Assembly (NCBI GenBank): GCA_030141605.1
Contig: JAQGDQ010000594.1
Span: 1 to 64,000 of the forward strand
Reading direction: 5' to 3'
DNA length: 64,000 nt
Source: Tubiluchus corallicola
Lineage: Eukaryota; Animalia; Priapulida
Both the position numbers and the translations under genes were made by a program. The notes beneath the pieces were generated by a model, which searched no databases, had not been told where the DNA came from, and was given only the letters and a program-made list of their open reading frames with translations. Every line of letters begins with the position of its first letter. Position 1 is the stretch's first letter. This document shows, piece by piece, positions 22,901 through 48,412 of this stretch.

Positions 22901-25900
22901 CTTAGTATCACTAGCATTTAGTGGTCAGTCAGGTGTACAAAACGTATGTACTTGTATAATAATTGCAGTGTTTACATTACTAATTCATTTTTAGAACAGA
23001 ATTAAACAATATTTGCTGTTTTAATGCATCAAATTAGGTAAAATATTTGTTGATAAAGTAAAAATTGGCATTGAGCAAAGTAGAAAAATCGTTAAGTTAA
23101 AATGAAACGGTGCGTGGCTACATGAAAAAAAGTGTCAACTGTTCAGCGTTGTTAAAACAAAACGTCGCTAAACGGGGAGTCGTTAAACGAGGACTTATTT
23201 CACTTCTGTATAAGATGATTGATGTTGTAACACTATCACATGATGGTATATTGGCAGTCTAGAAATGTCACGAATAATTTGTTTATGTTACTTCTGGAAG
23301 CAGTCATTTAGAGCGGAAACTTCTAAATATTGGTGGTGCATACATTTTGCACCCATACTGGCAACATTTTCAAATTTTCTCCTAAATTATTAAAAGACAA
23401 TAAAAGGGGTACCTGAAGTAGGTTTCAGAAAAATCACCTTAAAAATTATATTACTCTATTGCAATTTTAGTGTATGTCATACATGTGTTAAAAGGAACTA
23501 ATGTTTGTTTTCATTTTAAATTTCCTGCAATACTGTTCCGACGGCGCCATTACATGATGTCACCTATGGAAATGTAAATCAGGCAGTGTTAAGTTAAATC
23601 CCAAAAAACTTTCCATGCAAATCTATATTGCCTAGTGTTTTGCTTTTCCCGCTAGAAAGAATTATGTAACTAGAAATAATTTAAAATGTTTGTGCCAATT
23701 GGTAAAATGTCACTGGATCACCCTCCAGGGTGCGCCACTCACTAACCATAAAACGTATTTTTATACTTATTGACAAGATACAGTAATTGAAAATTTTTTA
23801 CTTAGTTATTAACATGTATGCTACGAATGCTCTGATTAGTTTTTCAAATTTTACCCAATGTTATCTAAACTTGTTTGAAACAAACTGCCATTAAAATGGC
23901 TGCGCCTAATGGTCATTGCGGGAGTTTAAATTTACAAGTTTTATACAGCATGACTGCAGACGCAAGCCCTGCATGCAAAAAGGCAGTATGTAAGTGGTAT
24001 AAAATTCAAGATGAATTTTTTATGCTTTATGTAAATGGAGGGTTTTCTTGTGCTGTAACAGTATTTTGCATTATTTTTATTTGTAAAATTTTTTGACGTC
24101 TTAAGAAGCAATTTTCCTGCAATGTTTAACGGGGGTGACTAATGGGGGTGAAAAGGGGTGACTTGTTAATGTAAAGTTGGTTTAGAAAGGCCGTCTGCTC
24201 TTTACAATTTGCGTTTCTATAAGCACTGAATGACTGTTGCAAATTTTTTACTAGTAGAAAGAAGAAGGACTTTGAACTGTGTCATATTTACCGTTGGTGA
24301 ACTGATTGTTCGAAATCTGTAGTTGCCTGGGTGTAACTTGGACACTAAATATATTACATTGACTCTTAGATGTTGTCTAGAGCAACTGTGTGATTTTCTT
24401 TTAGGGTTGTGCTTTCATCTGATAGAAGAGATTCAGTTTTGGTTCCGGAAATAACACGATAAATTAACAAATTTATTAATTTCCTCTTATACAAAATTCC
24501 TATTAAAAGTATATGATACCAAAAAATTAGAGCTATGGGAAGGTAAAAATAAATATATCTAAGTATACGGAGTATCTAAACATACGGTGGAAAAAGGACT
24601 CTTGAATTCGATACTTACTTATATGTCGGATTTTTTCTGTCTGTTGTTTATCATAATATGAAGAGAATAATTGCTAGTCAAAGCTCACATCGCAAGAGTA
24701 AATGTGTAAAAAAAGTGAATGAGTCATTTAAAAAAATTATTTCTTCACAAAAGGTTATAGTATACTGCACAAAATTTACAAGTACAGACGTGCATGCATG
24801 GGTGGTATCAGAAACATTACCTGAGGTTAGATATAACCGCATTCACTTTTTCAAAAACACATAGGGAATTTGCTGTCATTACTTGGCATTAACAAGCATT
24901 TTACAGGTCCAGCAATTGGCGATAGTCGTGAAAAGGCCATTGGTTAAGTGTACCAGACAACGCATTTGTGTGCACTTGACAACGTCTTGCAGCCCATGCT
25001 ATTATAATACTGTAGTAACAGTTTAACAGCTAGTTAGAACCTTACCTAGTTTAGTACACGCAAGTAAATAAGTAAAGTCCACGTAAAACAACTGAAGTTA
25101 CTGAACTGACGTGACAGGTGGCTTTGCTTTACCCATGTCACATGAAGGTTGTATTTAAGATGCATTGCTGTAGTACACTTAACCTTTGACCTACAGAAAC
25201 TGCATGGAACAAAACATTGAAAATGCTTATGGACAATCCTGGATGGTTTGTGTGCAGGTTTTTTTTGAACTCGAGCAAAACAAACCATACAGCAAAAATA
25301 GTCTATTATTATCCGAAATTTGTTGTAACGGGATCCATTATAACTAGAATTTACTACAATGGATATAAATAATGTAGATTTTTTTTAATATTGTTACAGG
25401 AAACGCACATTCTTCACGAGTTCCCGGAGGACTTTTATGGAGCGACGTTAAAAGTTGCCATTTTAGGTTATCTCCGTCCTGAGAAGTCTTTTCCATCAAT
25501 AGGTAAATCTTCATTGGTTAGAGTTGCTTAATAACGCTTTACGAATAAATTTCGACTTAACTGGCAGCATCCTACCTTCGTACATGCAGGGCCTCCGATT
25601 TTCTGTTTCATTTTTGACCAAATTCCGTTTCAAAGAATCGTCAATTCCGTTTCAATTCCACTTCACAGAAATGAGAAGCTACATGGCCCTGTAAATAATA
25701 TTTACCATCAAATTATGTGCTGTGCCATAGATTGTAATTAAAAAATAAATTTTTATATGAATTAAGTATGTAGTCTATCAGTTATCAGTATTTGGCTAGG
25801 ATAAAATAAGATGCCAACATTTAATTTGCGCAAAAAAGTTACAGAACAATAGCCTATCATATTTGTACAAATCATCAGGGAAATTCCCCGGCTAGCTGTC

Positions 25901-27696
25901 ACACTCATAACATTGTCAGATCGTGTTCATGTGAACAGGGGAAACCTTTCGAGAAACGTACACCTATTCGCTACAAGCTCGCGCTGAAGAATTTCCCATA
26001 TTTCTTGTGGTAAACACAAAAACAACGCGAAAGTTGCATAAAAGATAAAACTCAGGGAAGAACTTTGTCGTGAAAGGCTGAAACAACTGCTTAGTTTTGC
26101 CGGAATGTAACAAGTCGAGAAAATTCCGTCTCTACTATGCATTAAATTTGCTGAAAAGTCGGAAATCAGGCAAATTCCGTTTTGCATTGCAATTTTCGTT
26201 TCAGTTGCGGAAATCGGAGGCCCTGTACATGACATGATACTTTTGTTTGTTTTAGTACTACTGACAGTTTAAGAGCTGTGTTTTAATTAAGCGTAATTAG
26301 AGTACATAAGTCACAAGGTGAGAAAGCGTTAAAGGAAAACCAGATGATTGATTAGAATCAATCTCATTTTATTTTACTGTCCAAAATATACATTTTCTTG
26401 CCTATAAAAGTTAGCAATGTTTTCTGATATTTGAATAATTAGCTTAGACAGTTAATTATTCAAATATCGCTATTGAGAAAGCTATCGCTTACGTCAGAAA
26501 CTAACCGCAGTTTGTGCGATGGTAGGCATCTTCCCTGTCCGTCAAGGTCATTTGCGTGAGCGAGGATTGCTATAAGATGCTGTGAAGTTATGTCACAAAA
26601 ATGGGCTTCATGATCATGCTTATCGTGGTACCGCACCTATTTGTCGGCCACGTAAATGTGACAGAAAGCCACCATTGTCAGTCTTCAACAAAATTTAGCT
26701 ATCCGAGATTATTATTATTATTTAAAGCTTCGATTTAAAAAAAGCTGTTATAGTTTTTGATATTTTAGAGCATTCTTTTTTTTTTGAACTAATGTCAACA
26801 CAATCGTTCAGTTTCCTTTAATTCTCAGCATGCATGCAGTGATTATGGTAAGTCGACGGCTTGCTGAATTAAGTTAAGATACAATTGTTAAAATGCAGTT
26901 TTTTAAATTTGCTGTGGTTGGTACTTACTGTGACTCACTAACTGATGCGAGATGTTGCCAACCAAAAGGCATCCTCTTTGCATTTGCTTAACCCTCCGTC
27001 ACCGGAAATGGGGTGGAACAACACTCAGGGTGTTTATCTAGTTACACCTTTTTACCATGAAGCCGCCAATACCTGTCTTCTTTTGTGTTTAAATGGTTAT
27101 CTGCTTACTATAAGAACATGTTATTTGACCTCTTACAAGTCTGTGTTGCTTAGTAATATTACTTACAACTCTGAGGTCTGTCTTCACCCCTGCATCGATT
27201 TTGCTGCTATATTGACGTTCTCCATTATTTAATATAGGTAAAAATGAGAAAGTAAACAAATGCTGAGCATTTTTATAGTACATGTTAGGTGGCTTGTAGA
27301 AAAAATGGCCTACATCAGGCCATCGAGGCTTGTTATGTAAAGTAAAGTTACACAGGTCAAGTGACGGTTGTATTAAGATGCATTGCTGTGGTATACGTAA
27401 CCTTTGACCTATAACTGCGCATTACACATTAAAACTGTAAAAAGACATTTATTTTGCAGTCACAAAGTTGGCGGTATAAACAGGCTTGACTGTATTTACA
27501 AAGTTTTGCATACTCATAAATATTTTGGTTGCCATAACGCTGAACACGTGATATATTTATTTTGAGTTTTTTACATTTTTCAGTCGCTCTAATAGAAGCC
27601 ATACAAGAAGATATCAGACAAGCTCGACTGCTACTCGATCTACCGGAGAATCTCAAATACCGAGACAGTAACTTCTTCAAGACTAGTATATCATGA
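16923..27696 (+). CDS. RFK: Riboflavin kinase, ~150 aa
   Basis: Exons 16923-17007, 22192-22343, 25400-25502, 27584-27696 (453 nt, phases 1,0,1). MASPLPYFASGEVVKGFGRGCKELGIPT|ANYPEEVV..GIYYGWA..MVMNIGWCPFY..KSM|ETHILHEFPEDFYG..GYLRPEKSF..|LIEAIQEDI..NFFKTSIS*. Confidence 0.96.
19042..19378. mobile_element. hAT-type MITE
   Basis: Perfect TIR CAGGGCCTATTTC/GAAATAGGCCCTG and perfect 8-bp TSD CCTCTGCA. Confidence 0.92.
20432..20522 (+). CDS. RFK: Second (paralogous) first coding exon of RFK, exon 1b
   Basis: ATG ATG TTC...: MMFKAWLPFCTYGRIVKGFGRGSSQLLMPT+G|gtgcga; same phase-1 boundary after PT as exon 1a; no stops or frameshifts. Confidence 0.8.
22477..24090. mobile_element. Two inverted partial copies (~22477-22610 +, ~23690-24090 -) of interspersed repeat family B; more copies at ~50630-51110, 58640-59400 and 60340-60610
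   Basis: Shared core GTATAAAACTTGTAAATTTAAACTCC...AAACAAGTTTAGATAACATTG...AATCAGAGCATT. Confidence 0.7.
25587..26225. mobile_element. MITE with CAGGGCCTCCGATTT TIRs (hAT-like)
   Basis: Perfect 15-bp TIR; flanking 6-bp duplication TACATG; internal AATTCCGT repeats. Confidence 0.88.
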
Positions 27697-28125
27697 CGAT
27701 AAATCATGCACACAATTTATTTTAGTTAATTATTTAGCACTGTATGTGATAATAGAGCCCTTGTTGATGTTATTAACTGTGAGTTAGTCTCGCTGTTGTA
27801 TTTTAATTGCGTTTTCCTGTTGTATTTATCAAATAGGAAATGTATGTAAGTTTTAGCTGTGCAGAAATTATAATGTTTTTGCTCATACTGCAGTAGGGCC
27901 TGTCCTTCACCTAAAGAGTAGGTGTACTTCAGTTTGTTACCACCTTCCTACCCCCCTCCCCCTCCAAGCTACACCACTGCGTACCTGATTCTAGGTTTAA
28001 TTTTGCTGCTTCATCTGTGCAATTGCCTTCGTTATCTTGCATTGAAACACGTTTTTTCAGACAATAGCAGAAACATTTCAGTTTGTTTCATGGAGCAGCA
28101 ACTGTAGACAAACTACAGTTGTTTA

Positions 28126-28641
28126 CAGGGGCGTCGCTAGGGCTGGTGTCATCCGTGCATTGAAGCTCTGATACCGTATCATACAACACCCTTTATTATT
28201 ATCTTATGTACGTAGCTAGCACTTGCTACACATGGCGATAAGGAGTAACATCATCTAAACAACATCATTTTGTTGCCATCCTACTGAGTTAAAGTGCTAA
28301 GAACACGTTTGTACATTGATAATGTTTATTTTAAAATGAACTTTTAATATTTTTACTTTTTATATGAGATGCTTATACATTGGAGCAACACTTTTAATCA
28401 TACATATAAAAATACACAACTTAGTTGAAATATCGAAAAAAACTGGCATTAAAACAAACAATTCTGTATTTACTGATTGTATGTTAACAATCAAAACTTT
28501 CCTTTACTGAAGTTCACAGCTGCAAACTTTCTCAATTACTTTATGAAAATCAATTGATAAAACCGCAAGATCAGATGGCCTTGACTGTCCAAAAAAATAC
28601 ACATTGATGGTGTCACCCCACACCCCCTAGCGACGTCACTG
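28126..28641. mobile_element. hAT-like MITE
   Basis: TIR CAGGGGCGTCGCTAGGG / CCCTAGCGACGTCACTG; subterminal GGTGTCA motifs; TSD unclear. Confidence 0.75.
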
Positions 28642-28889
28642 GTTACAAGGGCGTTTGCCTCGCTCTTTTGCTGAGTCTTATTTTAATTAAACTCTGAGCA
28701 CAATCAATCTGTACAGTTAATTAATTTGATGAATATTTTCTCATAGTTTTTGCTAGTGTACTGTGATAGTATTTTCTCCGGTTGTGATAGTAGGGAACAA
28801 GATTCTTGCCCAGTTTTTCACATATCAGTCCATACAGCCACTCTACAGTTTTCGATGCTTTAAAAATGTAAAGAAAGCGTAGAACTGTT

Positions 28890-29305
28890 ATTGTTCATGT
28901 TAGTCATTCTGCACATCGTTTCTTGAACTCATGTAGCTGTCAAGATATGTCATTTTCCCCCCGGTGCACTACCCCGCCGTTGTTTCTTCATCATTGTTCA
29001 TGTTATTCCTTCTGCACATTGTTTCTTGAACTCCAGGTATGTAGATGTCAAGATATGTCATTTTCCCCCCGGTGCACTACCCCGCCGTTGTTTCTTCATC
29101 ATTGTTCATGTTATTCCTTCTGCACATTGTTTCTTGAACTCCAGGTATGTAGATGTCAAGATATGTCATTTTCCCCCCGGTGCACTATCCCGCCATTGTT
29201 CTTTCATCATTGTTCATGTTATTCTTTCTGCACACTGTTTCTTGAACTCCGGGTATGTAGATGCCAAGGTATGATGTCATTTTCTCCTGGTGTACTACCC
29301 CACCC
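28890..29305. repeat. 108-bp tandem repeat, ~3.8 copies
   Basis: 36-aa periodicity in ORFs 28923..29321 and 29026..29274. Confidence 0.92.
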
Positions 29306-32137
29306 CCAAGGTCATGAATAATGATCGACTGATGGATAGAAATCTTTATTTTGAAAATGTAGTCTGTCCATTTGCAAAATGGTTTTTATTTTTCTGACTG
29401 TGGCACTGCATAGTAAACTTCTAAACGTTTTTCTCCGCTGCCAATTTGAGCAGCTTCCAGTAAGATGATAATTAGACAACTTTGTAATGAGCAATTAAAT
29501 TACTCCTTTTTTGCATCGAGCGAGGCTCAAATTGATTTCTATCCTATGACTTAAAATCTTTGGCACTCCTGAGTATCGAATGTACCTAGTCATTGTTTAC
29601 GTATTTGATCTATTGCTGCAGGTATAAAATCCTTCAATAGCTTTTTACGTCATCTTGTCGTACTAAACCATCTGGCATATTGAACAATCACCTTCCTAAG
29701 GCAAAAAATAATCACCATCTTATGGCTTAAAGTCACTGTGCTGAATATAGACTGTACCTAGGCATTAACTACATGTATGCACTGCAGTGTAGTTATTAGA
29801 TATGTTTAACATCCCATGTCTTCTTCTTGTCCGGGCATTCTAAACGATCACCTTTCTAAGGCTCAAAATATCTCCGTCCTATGGCTCAAAGCGATTAGCA
29901 TTCCTTAATGTAGGCTGTATATAGTCATTAACTACCTATATTTATCGTACTGCTTGTACTTGTGATAGATATGTGAACAGATGTTGCTGTGTTAGTATCA
30001 ATTGCCATATGTATTGTAATTTAATTGATAGAGCTGTTATGGACACGTGACTTATCAAAAAAAAAAAAAACGTGCACTAATCGTCCTACTGCAAGGCTGA
30101 TAGTCAGCGTTTTTTAGGACTGCTTAAGATTACAGGCACAATCATCGTCAAACTTGTTGAACCTGTTTCGGTGAACTTGTTGCAAACTTTTTCCACTTTC
30201 AACGTGTGAAATTTGGTTAACTTTGGTTAAATACTGTTAATCCAATGTTGCAGTACCGACACCTTGCCGCACAAGCCACGAAACCTACCACCAGCACACA
30301 AATTCTGTTTAAACTTGACCTGTTAAAAGACCGCTTTGGATTTAGCTAAACCACAGCATCAGATTTAGCTTGTCTAGAGTATCATTAAAACTGTTATTAG
30401 AATCAACTGGTTAGTTTTCTACTGGTACCAGACATGTTATTCATGCTGTATTGTACTAAGTATCTTAAATGCCATTTTAGGGAACAGGTCTTAAACTTAA
30501 GGAACTAAATTGTCCAAAAGTTCTTTTAATGTGATAATGTTAGACAATGTGACCAGCTAAATAAATTTTATTCGTTAACTTTCCTTTGAAAATTTGAGAA
30601 GATGTTATTCTAATGCAATATTGGCTTCAAAAATAGCTTACAATCGCATTACAATGATTGTAATTTAACAAGAATAAGGCTATGTATTATATGCATTGTT
30701 CAACTGTCTAATAGCAGTATGAAACTAATGCACTGTTTAATTTTAATATTAGGAAACATTTGCTGGTTTCCTGGCAAAATCTGTTTGCGAATTAGCAATT
30801 ATGTTTACACAAATACAATATCTAAAAAGTATGATGAAAATGACAATTAGATTAGGAGCTTATAGTGAATTAGCGAATATATGAGTGGAATGATACTAAT
30901 TTATTGATGTTAGCGCAGCAACATAATAAATTAAACGCAAATGTTGAAAAGTGCGTAAATTTCAATGGTTTATATCCTATTATGTAGAAAATCTGTTGTC
31001 TTAATGCTTCTAATGTACTGTTAATAAACCATTGATTGTTCTAGATGAATGTAATGTTTTGAAGTTTTCCTTTCTACACTTACAACACGTTCAGACAAGT
31101 TAGCTCGCCAAGTAACTTACAAACGTGTAAAATTCGTATCAGAGAGTTTACTTGTCAACAGTAACTCGCAAAGCAGTTCACACTTGCGAGTTTGCTACCA
31201 GAGAGAAACCTCGCGACAAACAAGTAAGCAAAACAAAAGCATAAAGGCAAAATTATTATGCAATATTTGATTAAGCATAAATACATCATAACTAGCTTAG
31301 TATAAATACGTATAAATACACTATTAACTATACAGTAACGTTCAGTTTGCTGTACAAAGCAAAATATACATAATAAATTCTAATACTGATGCCATGGCAA
31401 CGTAACAATGTATTTTGGCAAGTATAAATAGTGACTGTATTAAGTTTATTTGACTAATTTATTCACATGACTAGAATTATGACCTCATAGCCTAGATACT
31501 CAAGCGTAGACAAATTTCACTAGCCTTGAGTAAATATATAAAAAATGAAAGATAAATAGTAAGTACGATGTACTTTTGACTAGCATTGCAATGAGCCGAG
31601 CTTAGTGAGTATAATTTGGCTAGCTTAAACAAATACATAAAAAATTGTAAATAGTGAAGTGTACCATGGACTGCTTTATCTATAACCTGTGCCATTCTTA
31701 CAGTGTAACTGATAATACATTGCATCATCCTTTATAAATACGTTACTACATTCACTAGGTACACAAAAAGGTAGACATGATACTTGGCTTACTTTACATT
31801 TGGCTGTACATATTATTATAGAAACGTTTATGACCAGAAACAATTCAAAATAAAAACCCTAATGCCTCATTCACATTGCATAAACAATTCAAAATAAAAA
31901 ATCTAATGCCATCGACACTGCATACGGCTTGAAGCTTGAGTAAGGGTGTGTTCATTGTTTAGAATGTTAAAAGAGAACTGACCAGTACTAATCTGCCGAC
32001 AATTTTCGCTTTTTGTGCTACAAGAAATGGATACGCTGCAGCCGCACTCAGAAGGAAACAGGTGTGAACGGAGGAAGTTCACACTTTCAGATGAAGCAAC
32101 ATTTGACAATGTGAATCAGAAATAAGAAATCACAGAA

Positions 32138-33323
32138 TGTACAACACAGATGATGTGACTCAACTTTAGTCCGGTTGTTAAGTCCTTGGTTTGTGCAATA
32201 CCGATGTTATGACTCAACTTTAGTCTTGCCGTTAAGTCCTTGGTTTGTACAATACAGATGACATGACTCAACTTTAGTCCTGTCGTTAAGTCCTTGGTTT
32301 GTACAATACAGATGATATGACTCAGCTTTAGTCCTGTCGTTAAGTCCTTGCTTTGTGCAGTACCAATGATAAGACTCAACTTTAGTCCTGTTGTTAAGTC
32401 CTTGCTTTGTGCAGTACCAATGATAAGACTCAACTTTAGTCCTGTTGTTAAGTCCTTGGTTTGTACAATACAGATGACATGACTCAACTTTAGTCCTGTT
32501 GTTAAGTCCTTGGTTTGTACAATACAGATGATAAGACTCAACTTTAGTCCTGTTGTTAAGTCCTTGCTTTGTGCAGTACCAATGATAAGATTCAACTTTA
32601 GTCCTGTTGTTAAGTCCTTGCTTTGTGCAGTACCAATGATAAGACTCAACTTTAGTCCTGTTGTTAAGTCCTTGGTTTGCGCAATACCGATGTCATGACT
32701 CAACTTTAGTCCTGTCGTTAAGTCCTTGGTTTGTACAACACAGATGATATGACTCAACTTTAGTCCTGTTGTTAAGTCCTTGGTTTGTGCAATACCGATG
32801 TTAAGACTCAACTTTAGTCTCGTCGTTAAGTCCTTGGTTTGTACAATACAGATGACATGACTCAACTTTAGTCCTGTCGTTAAGTCCTTGGTTTGTACAA
32901 TACAGATGATATGACTCAGCTTTAGTCCTGTCGTTAAGTCCTTGCTTTGTGCAGTACCAATGCTAAGACTCAACTTTAGTCCTGTTGTTAAGTCCTTGCT
33001 TTGTGCAGTACCAATGATAAGACTCAACTTTAGTCCTGTTGTTAAGTCCTTGGTTTGTACAATACAGATGACATGACTCAACTTTAGTCCTGTTGTTAAG
33101 TCCTTGCTTTGTGCAGTACCAATGATAAGACTCAACTTTAGTCCTGTTGTTAAGTCCTTGGTTTGCGCAATACCGATGTCATGACTCAACTTTAGTCCTG
33201 TCGTTAAGTCCTTGGTTTGCGCAATACCGATGTCATGACTCAACTTTAGTCCTGTTGTTAAGTCCTTGGTTTGTGCAATACCGATGTTAAGACTCAACTT
33301 TAGTCTCGTCGTTAAGTCCTTGG
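32138..33323. repeat. 54-bp tandem repeat, ~22 copies with three interleaved variants
   Basis: Unit GTTAAGTCCTTGGTTTGTACAATACAGATGACATGACTCAACTTTAGTCCTGTY; explains the 18-aa periodic ORF 32116..33357. Confidence 0.97.
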
Positions 33324-34021
33324 CTTTATCATTAAAAAAGGAAACAAAAGTTTTCACATAAATTTACAATGGAAGACAAAATTGACACCACCAGCAATAG
33401 TTGACTGCAAACACCCTCACCCTTTCAAAGTGGTACGATCAACTTTCAGAACACACAAAATCATTTGGCAAAAACAGCATAAGTGCCCACTAAACTTACT
33501 GACTTCACGTTCGAACTTTTCTAGACACTATTACCCCACGTCTTGCTAAGAAAAATGTAAAACTTATAAAATAATACAAAATTAATCATTGAATCATTGT
33601 ACAACGGTTTACTGCAGATAAATATATGTGACTTCAGGCTTTAGCCTAACAAGGAATAAAATCACATATGTGCACCCACAATAAACCATTACACAATCAT
33701 TCAATTACGAATAAATGCAAAATCACGGGTGTGAAGTTTAACACGTCGCAAGTAAAATTTCCCCCAAGAGCTATTAACTAATATTGCCCATTTCACATGT
33801 GCTCTTTCATTCTCACTTATTCTATCATTCTCCCTCATGCAAATAAACTGAAAAGTCTTGCAAAAATTTTTTCAAAAACATGCGATTACAAAGAGTAAAC
33901 GAACTACGGCAACATATTCGGGTGCTTGTCAAAATAAGCGGTCTCATCAGGAGAAACAATGAACACAAAAGGTGAAGTGCTTATTATGATGAAAAACTAG
34001 CCTCCATTACGACAAGTCTTA

Positions 34022-35052
34022 GGAGCCATCCACATATAATGACATCAAGTTTTCGGTTGATTTCGAGGACCTACCTACTTTGCGTTACAATGGCGTTATC
34101 ATGTGCCCCACCACCTACCTACACTTATATTGATATCGATATTACACCGATGTACCTTTTTGTACATTTTATTCTTCCTCCTCCCACGGACAGGCAACAA
34201 CATCACTTGTGTTAATTAATGAAAAAACCTCAGTGGATTCTACTGGTATCGTCTGCAGCAGGCATGCGCTTGAAGTTGAAAAAAGCACATAGTCAGTTAA
34301 GGATATCATGTCTAAATCACCTACCTACCTTAAGTTATAATGGCGTTATCACTTCTCCTGATACCTACCTGCCTTAAACTTAATATCATTATATGTGTGC
34401 TTGCAAACCAAAACCGTCCACAAGGCGGCATAGTTAAAACTATGTTATGATGCTTCAAAGTAGAATGCAGCAAAAGTTTGGTCAAATGTCAATTTTTTGT
34501 CTTTTATTAAAAACAAACACTAAATATATTGTACTTTTTCTAATATCAAATTATCAAGAAAATGTTTAAAAATTTTTAAGAATTTAATTTTATAACCTCG
34601 TACCCACTTTTTTGTCTAGAAACTAGTACTGCAATTGTAAAAAACTTGTATTTTCTAACTCTGATAGCAGCTCGTAAAAGCATTCATTTTGCTTCGGATT
34701 TTTGCTGCCAAGCCCAGATCTCTTCATCAGGAAGGGCCATCTACAGGATTTAAACATAACTTCAGTGTGTTCTTGCAAAGTCCATAGCAACCATTATTTG
34801 TGCGGTTGCTAAGTGTTCTTTAAAAATGCAACAAAAAACAACGTCTAACTTTAGCAGTGATTTTCTCATGGTTATGTTTTTCAGTGTGCAGCCTGCACGT
34901 CAATTTTATCCTGGATTATCTCATGTTAGAAATAACATAGAGCGATGAACATGGTTTCGAAGTGACCCTCGGGGTATGTGAATAACTAGAAAAGCATAAC
35001 TGTCGATTTACTAAAAATTTGGCTAAGCAAGCACACATACGTGGATGGCCCC
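34022..35052. mobile_element. Possible PIF/Harbinger-type non-autonomous element
   Basis: TIR GGAGCCATCCAC / GTGGATGGCCCC; internal ACCTACCT motifs; contains a segment (34630-34750) found inverted at ~53990-54130. Confidence 0.55.
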
Positions 35053-35992
35053 ATAACGTGGATCCTCACTTAAACGAAACACAGCCTAGTGTTGTGAAAT
35101 AAATGCCTGCACACTTACAGCCACGATTTAAAAACAGCGCAAGAGCCAAATTTGTAAACTAGTTAAGCTCATAAATATGGAGGTACACTGGCAGAGGTAG
35201 CACTGGACGCTAGTAAAGTTCTACAATAGTTGACAAGAAAAGTGGCAGGTATGGGTAGTGGCATATTATACACGTAAAACAGTTAAGCATTTTTAACGAC
35301 GTAACTGCCGAGGATGATATTTCAAGCTCAAGTATCTTATAATAAATTAGTGTAAAAATCGAACGCACGACGCGATTCCAAGCTTCCAGAAAGGAATCGG
35401 CTGTTTCTAAGACAAAAGCATCAAAAAGAACAAAACAATGTTCTTTACAGACAGGTTCATGGTATCACAAAAAACTATACCCTCTTTTCACCAAAATTCT
35501 GGAGGTGAACCATGAACAATGGGCACCATATCAAACTCGGATGTCGATAAAATCATCATCACATTATGTCAGAATTCAATTCTAGTTCTAGGCTAGTTTT
35601 TTTTATACTAATATTCTTAGATGTTATCTCAGTAAGTAACTAATTGCTAGCTTCATTTGCATAGCAAAATACAGCTAAGTTTGTCTGCACTTATTAAACG
35701 TATAACATAACATACGGTAACACCTCAGTAACTTGACTAATATCGTCACGAGCAGCCAACTTACATTAATTTCAGTTCTGACACGTAAGTTAGTGTAAAA
35801 CGATACAAATGATGAAAATATTTGAGGCAAATGCTTTACAGTGACACCCCAAGATTCAGATACTCAGAGGAAGAGAAAATTAGAGAAGCACGAACTAGCT
35901 TTGCATCGAAATTGCTTTGCTGTCTTTCGTAGCAGAGGTAACTACTATATGCATGTTATGCAAACTTTCTATAATATCAAAACACTTGCTAC

Positions 35993-36547
35993 CAGGGCCG
36001 CATTACCCTATAGGTTAGTATACCCTGCAGGCTGGGATCCCTCAAGCTAGGAGGCCCTGACTTTGCATTGTTGAATAATTCATATAACTTAAAATAAAAT
36101 TTCAAGTTTAAAAAAGGAGGCCAGGAAGTCTGAAAATCTAATTTTAAGTGGCTCCCCATTTGAGATAAAGGATCCCTGTTTAAGGCCTTTTATTTGAAAC
36201 AAAGGGTTCTTGTGTGAGGCCCTTCATTTGAGATAAAGGATCCCTGTTTAAGGCCTTTTATATGAAACAAAGGGTTCTTATTTGAGGCCCTTCATTTGAG
36301 ATAAAGGATCCCTGTTTAAGGCCTTTTATTTGAAATAAAGGGCGCTTGTTTGAGGCCCTTCATTTGAGATAAGGCCTCTCTTTGAAGCCTTGTATTTTAA
36401 ATATGGAGTCTCCACCAATGTAAATGTTGCTAAAATATATCACAAGTAAAAAATATTCAAGACGAACGCGAGCAAATAAGAGGGTGGCTCCGTATGAAGG
36501 CATTATTTCATTAGCCCAGGGGCCCCAAAGGTCATAATCTGGCCCTG
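35993..36547. mobile_element. hAT-type MITE with an internal 68-bp tandem repeat (36157-36380), ~220 bp downstream of the Rab stop
   Basis: CAGGGCC...GGCCCTG termini; 8-bp TSD CTTGCTAC/CTTGCGAC (7/8). Confidence 0.85.
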
Positions 36548-36765
36548 CTTGCGACACACTTTGTCAAAGATCAGAGGCCCACATAAAAGTAGCAATGTTA
36601 TACATATTGAAAAACTTGCAACAAGCTTACAAAGTTGCACGAGCAACGTACGACAACGACACATACAGTTTAATGTACACGAAGACTTTATAGCTATATA
36701 CATTGCAATAGCAAAACCTGTACGAAACATTTAGTTTGCGCAGCCGCTCACCAGGGTGCAGCAGC

Positions 36766-47943
<11,178 letters not shown>

Positions 47944-48412
47944 ATTTCCAACCAATTAGAAAACTTCCGGCACTGTGCTTATCTACATCCGGTTTAGCAT
48001 AAGCTTGAATGTTGTCACAGAAGCACATTAAGTTGCCACGATGCCAACACCACGAAGGCGGCCTAAAATGTGTGTTTTTACGAAAAAAACGGACGCATTC
48101 ACGTAACCACTTAATAATAATTATTTGTCTCATTTATATCATGAATATGGAAATAAGAGCACGTTTTAAAAAGAAATTTTGAATTGAATTGAATTTGGTT
48201 AACAAGGATTTCTTGTATTGCTTGCTCAACAAATTCGTGAATGGCCGTTTTTCTTGCGAATGTCCCGTGTACCTGTAATTTGTTTACGTTAATTAATTTT
48301 CTGTTTTATTACTGTATTGTTGTTATTAGTATTACTATAAAGTGCGGTGCTGAGACTTATAGAGTAGACGGCTGTGTGCCTAGTCCCTACGTACATCGTT
48401 TGTACTCTAATG

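Noticed and set aside
28923-29321. Cys/His-rich 132-aa ORF resembling a metal-binding repeat protein
   Set aside because: Product of a 108-bp tandem repeat, non-ATG start, no recognisable domain.
32116-33357. 413-aa repeat protein as an annotated gene
   Set aside because: GTG start, no splice or promoter support; openness is explained by a 54-bp (3n) unit. Kept only as a low-interest finding.
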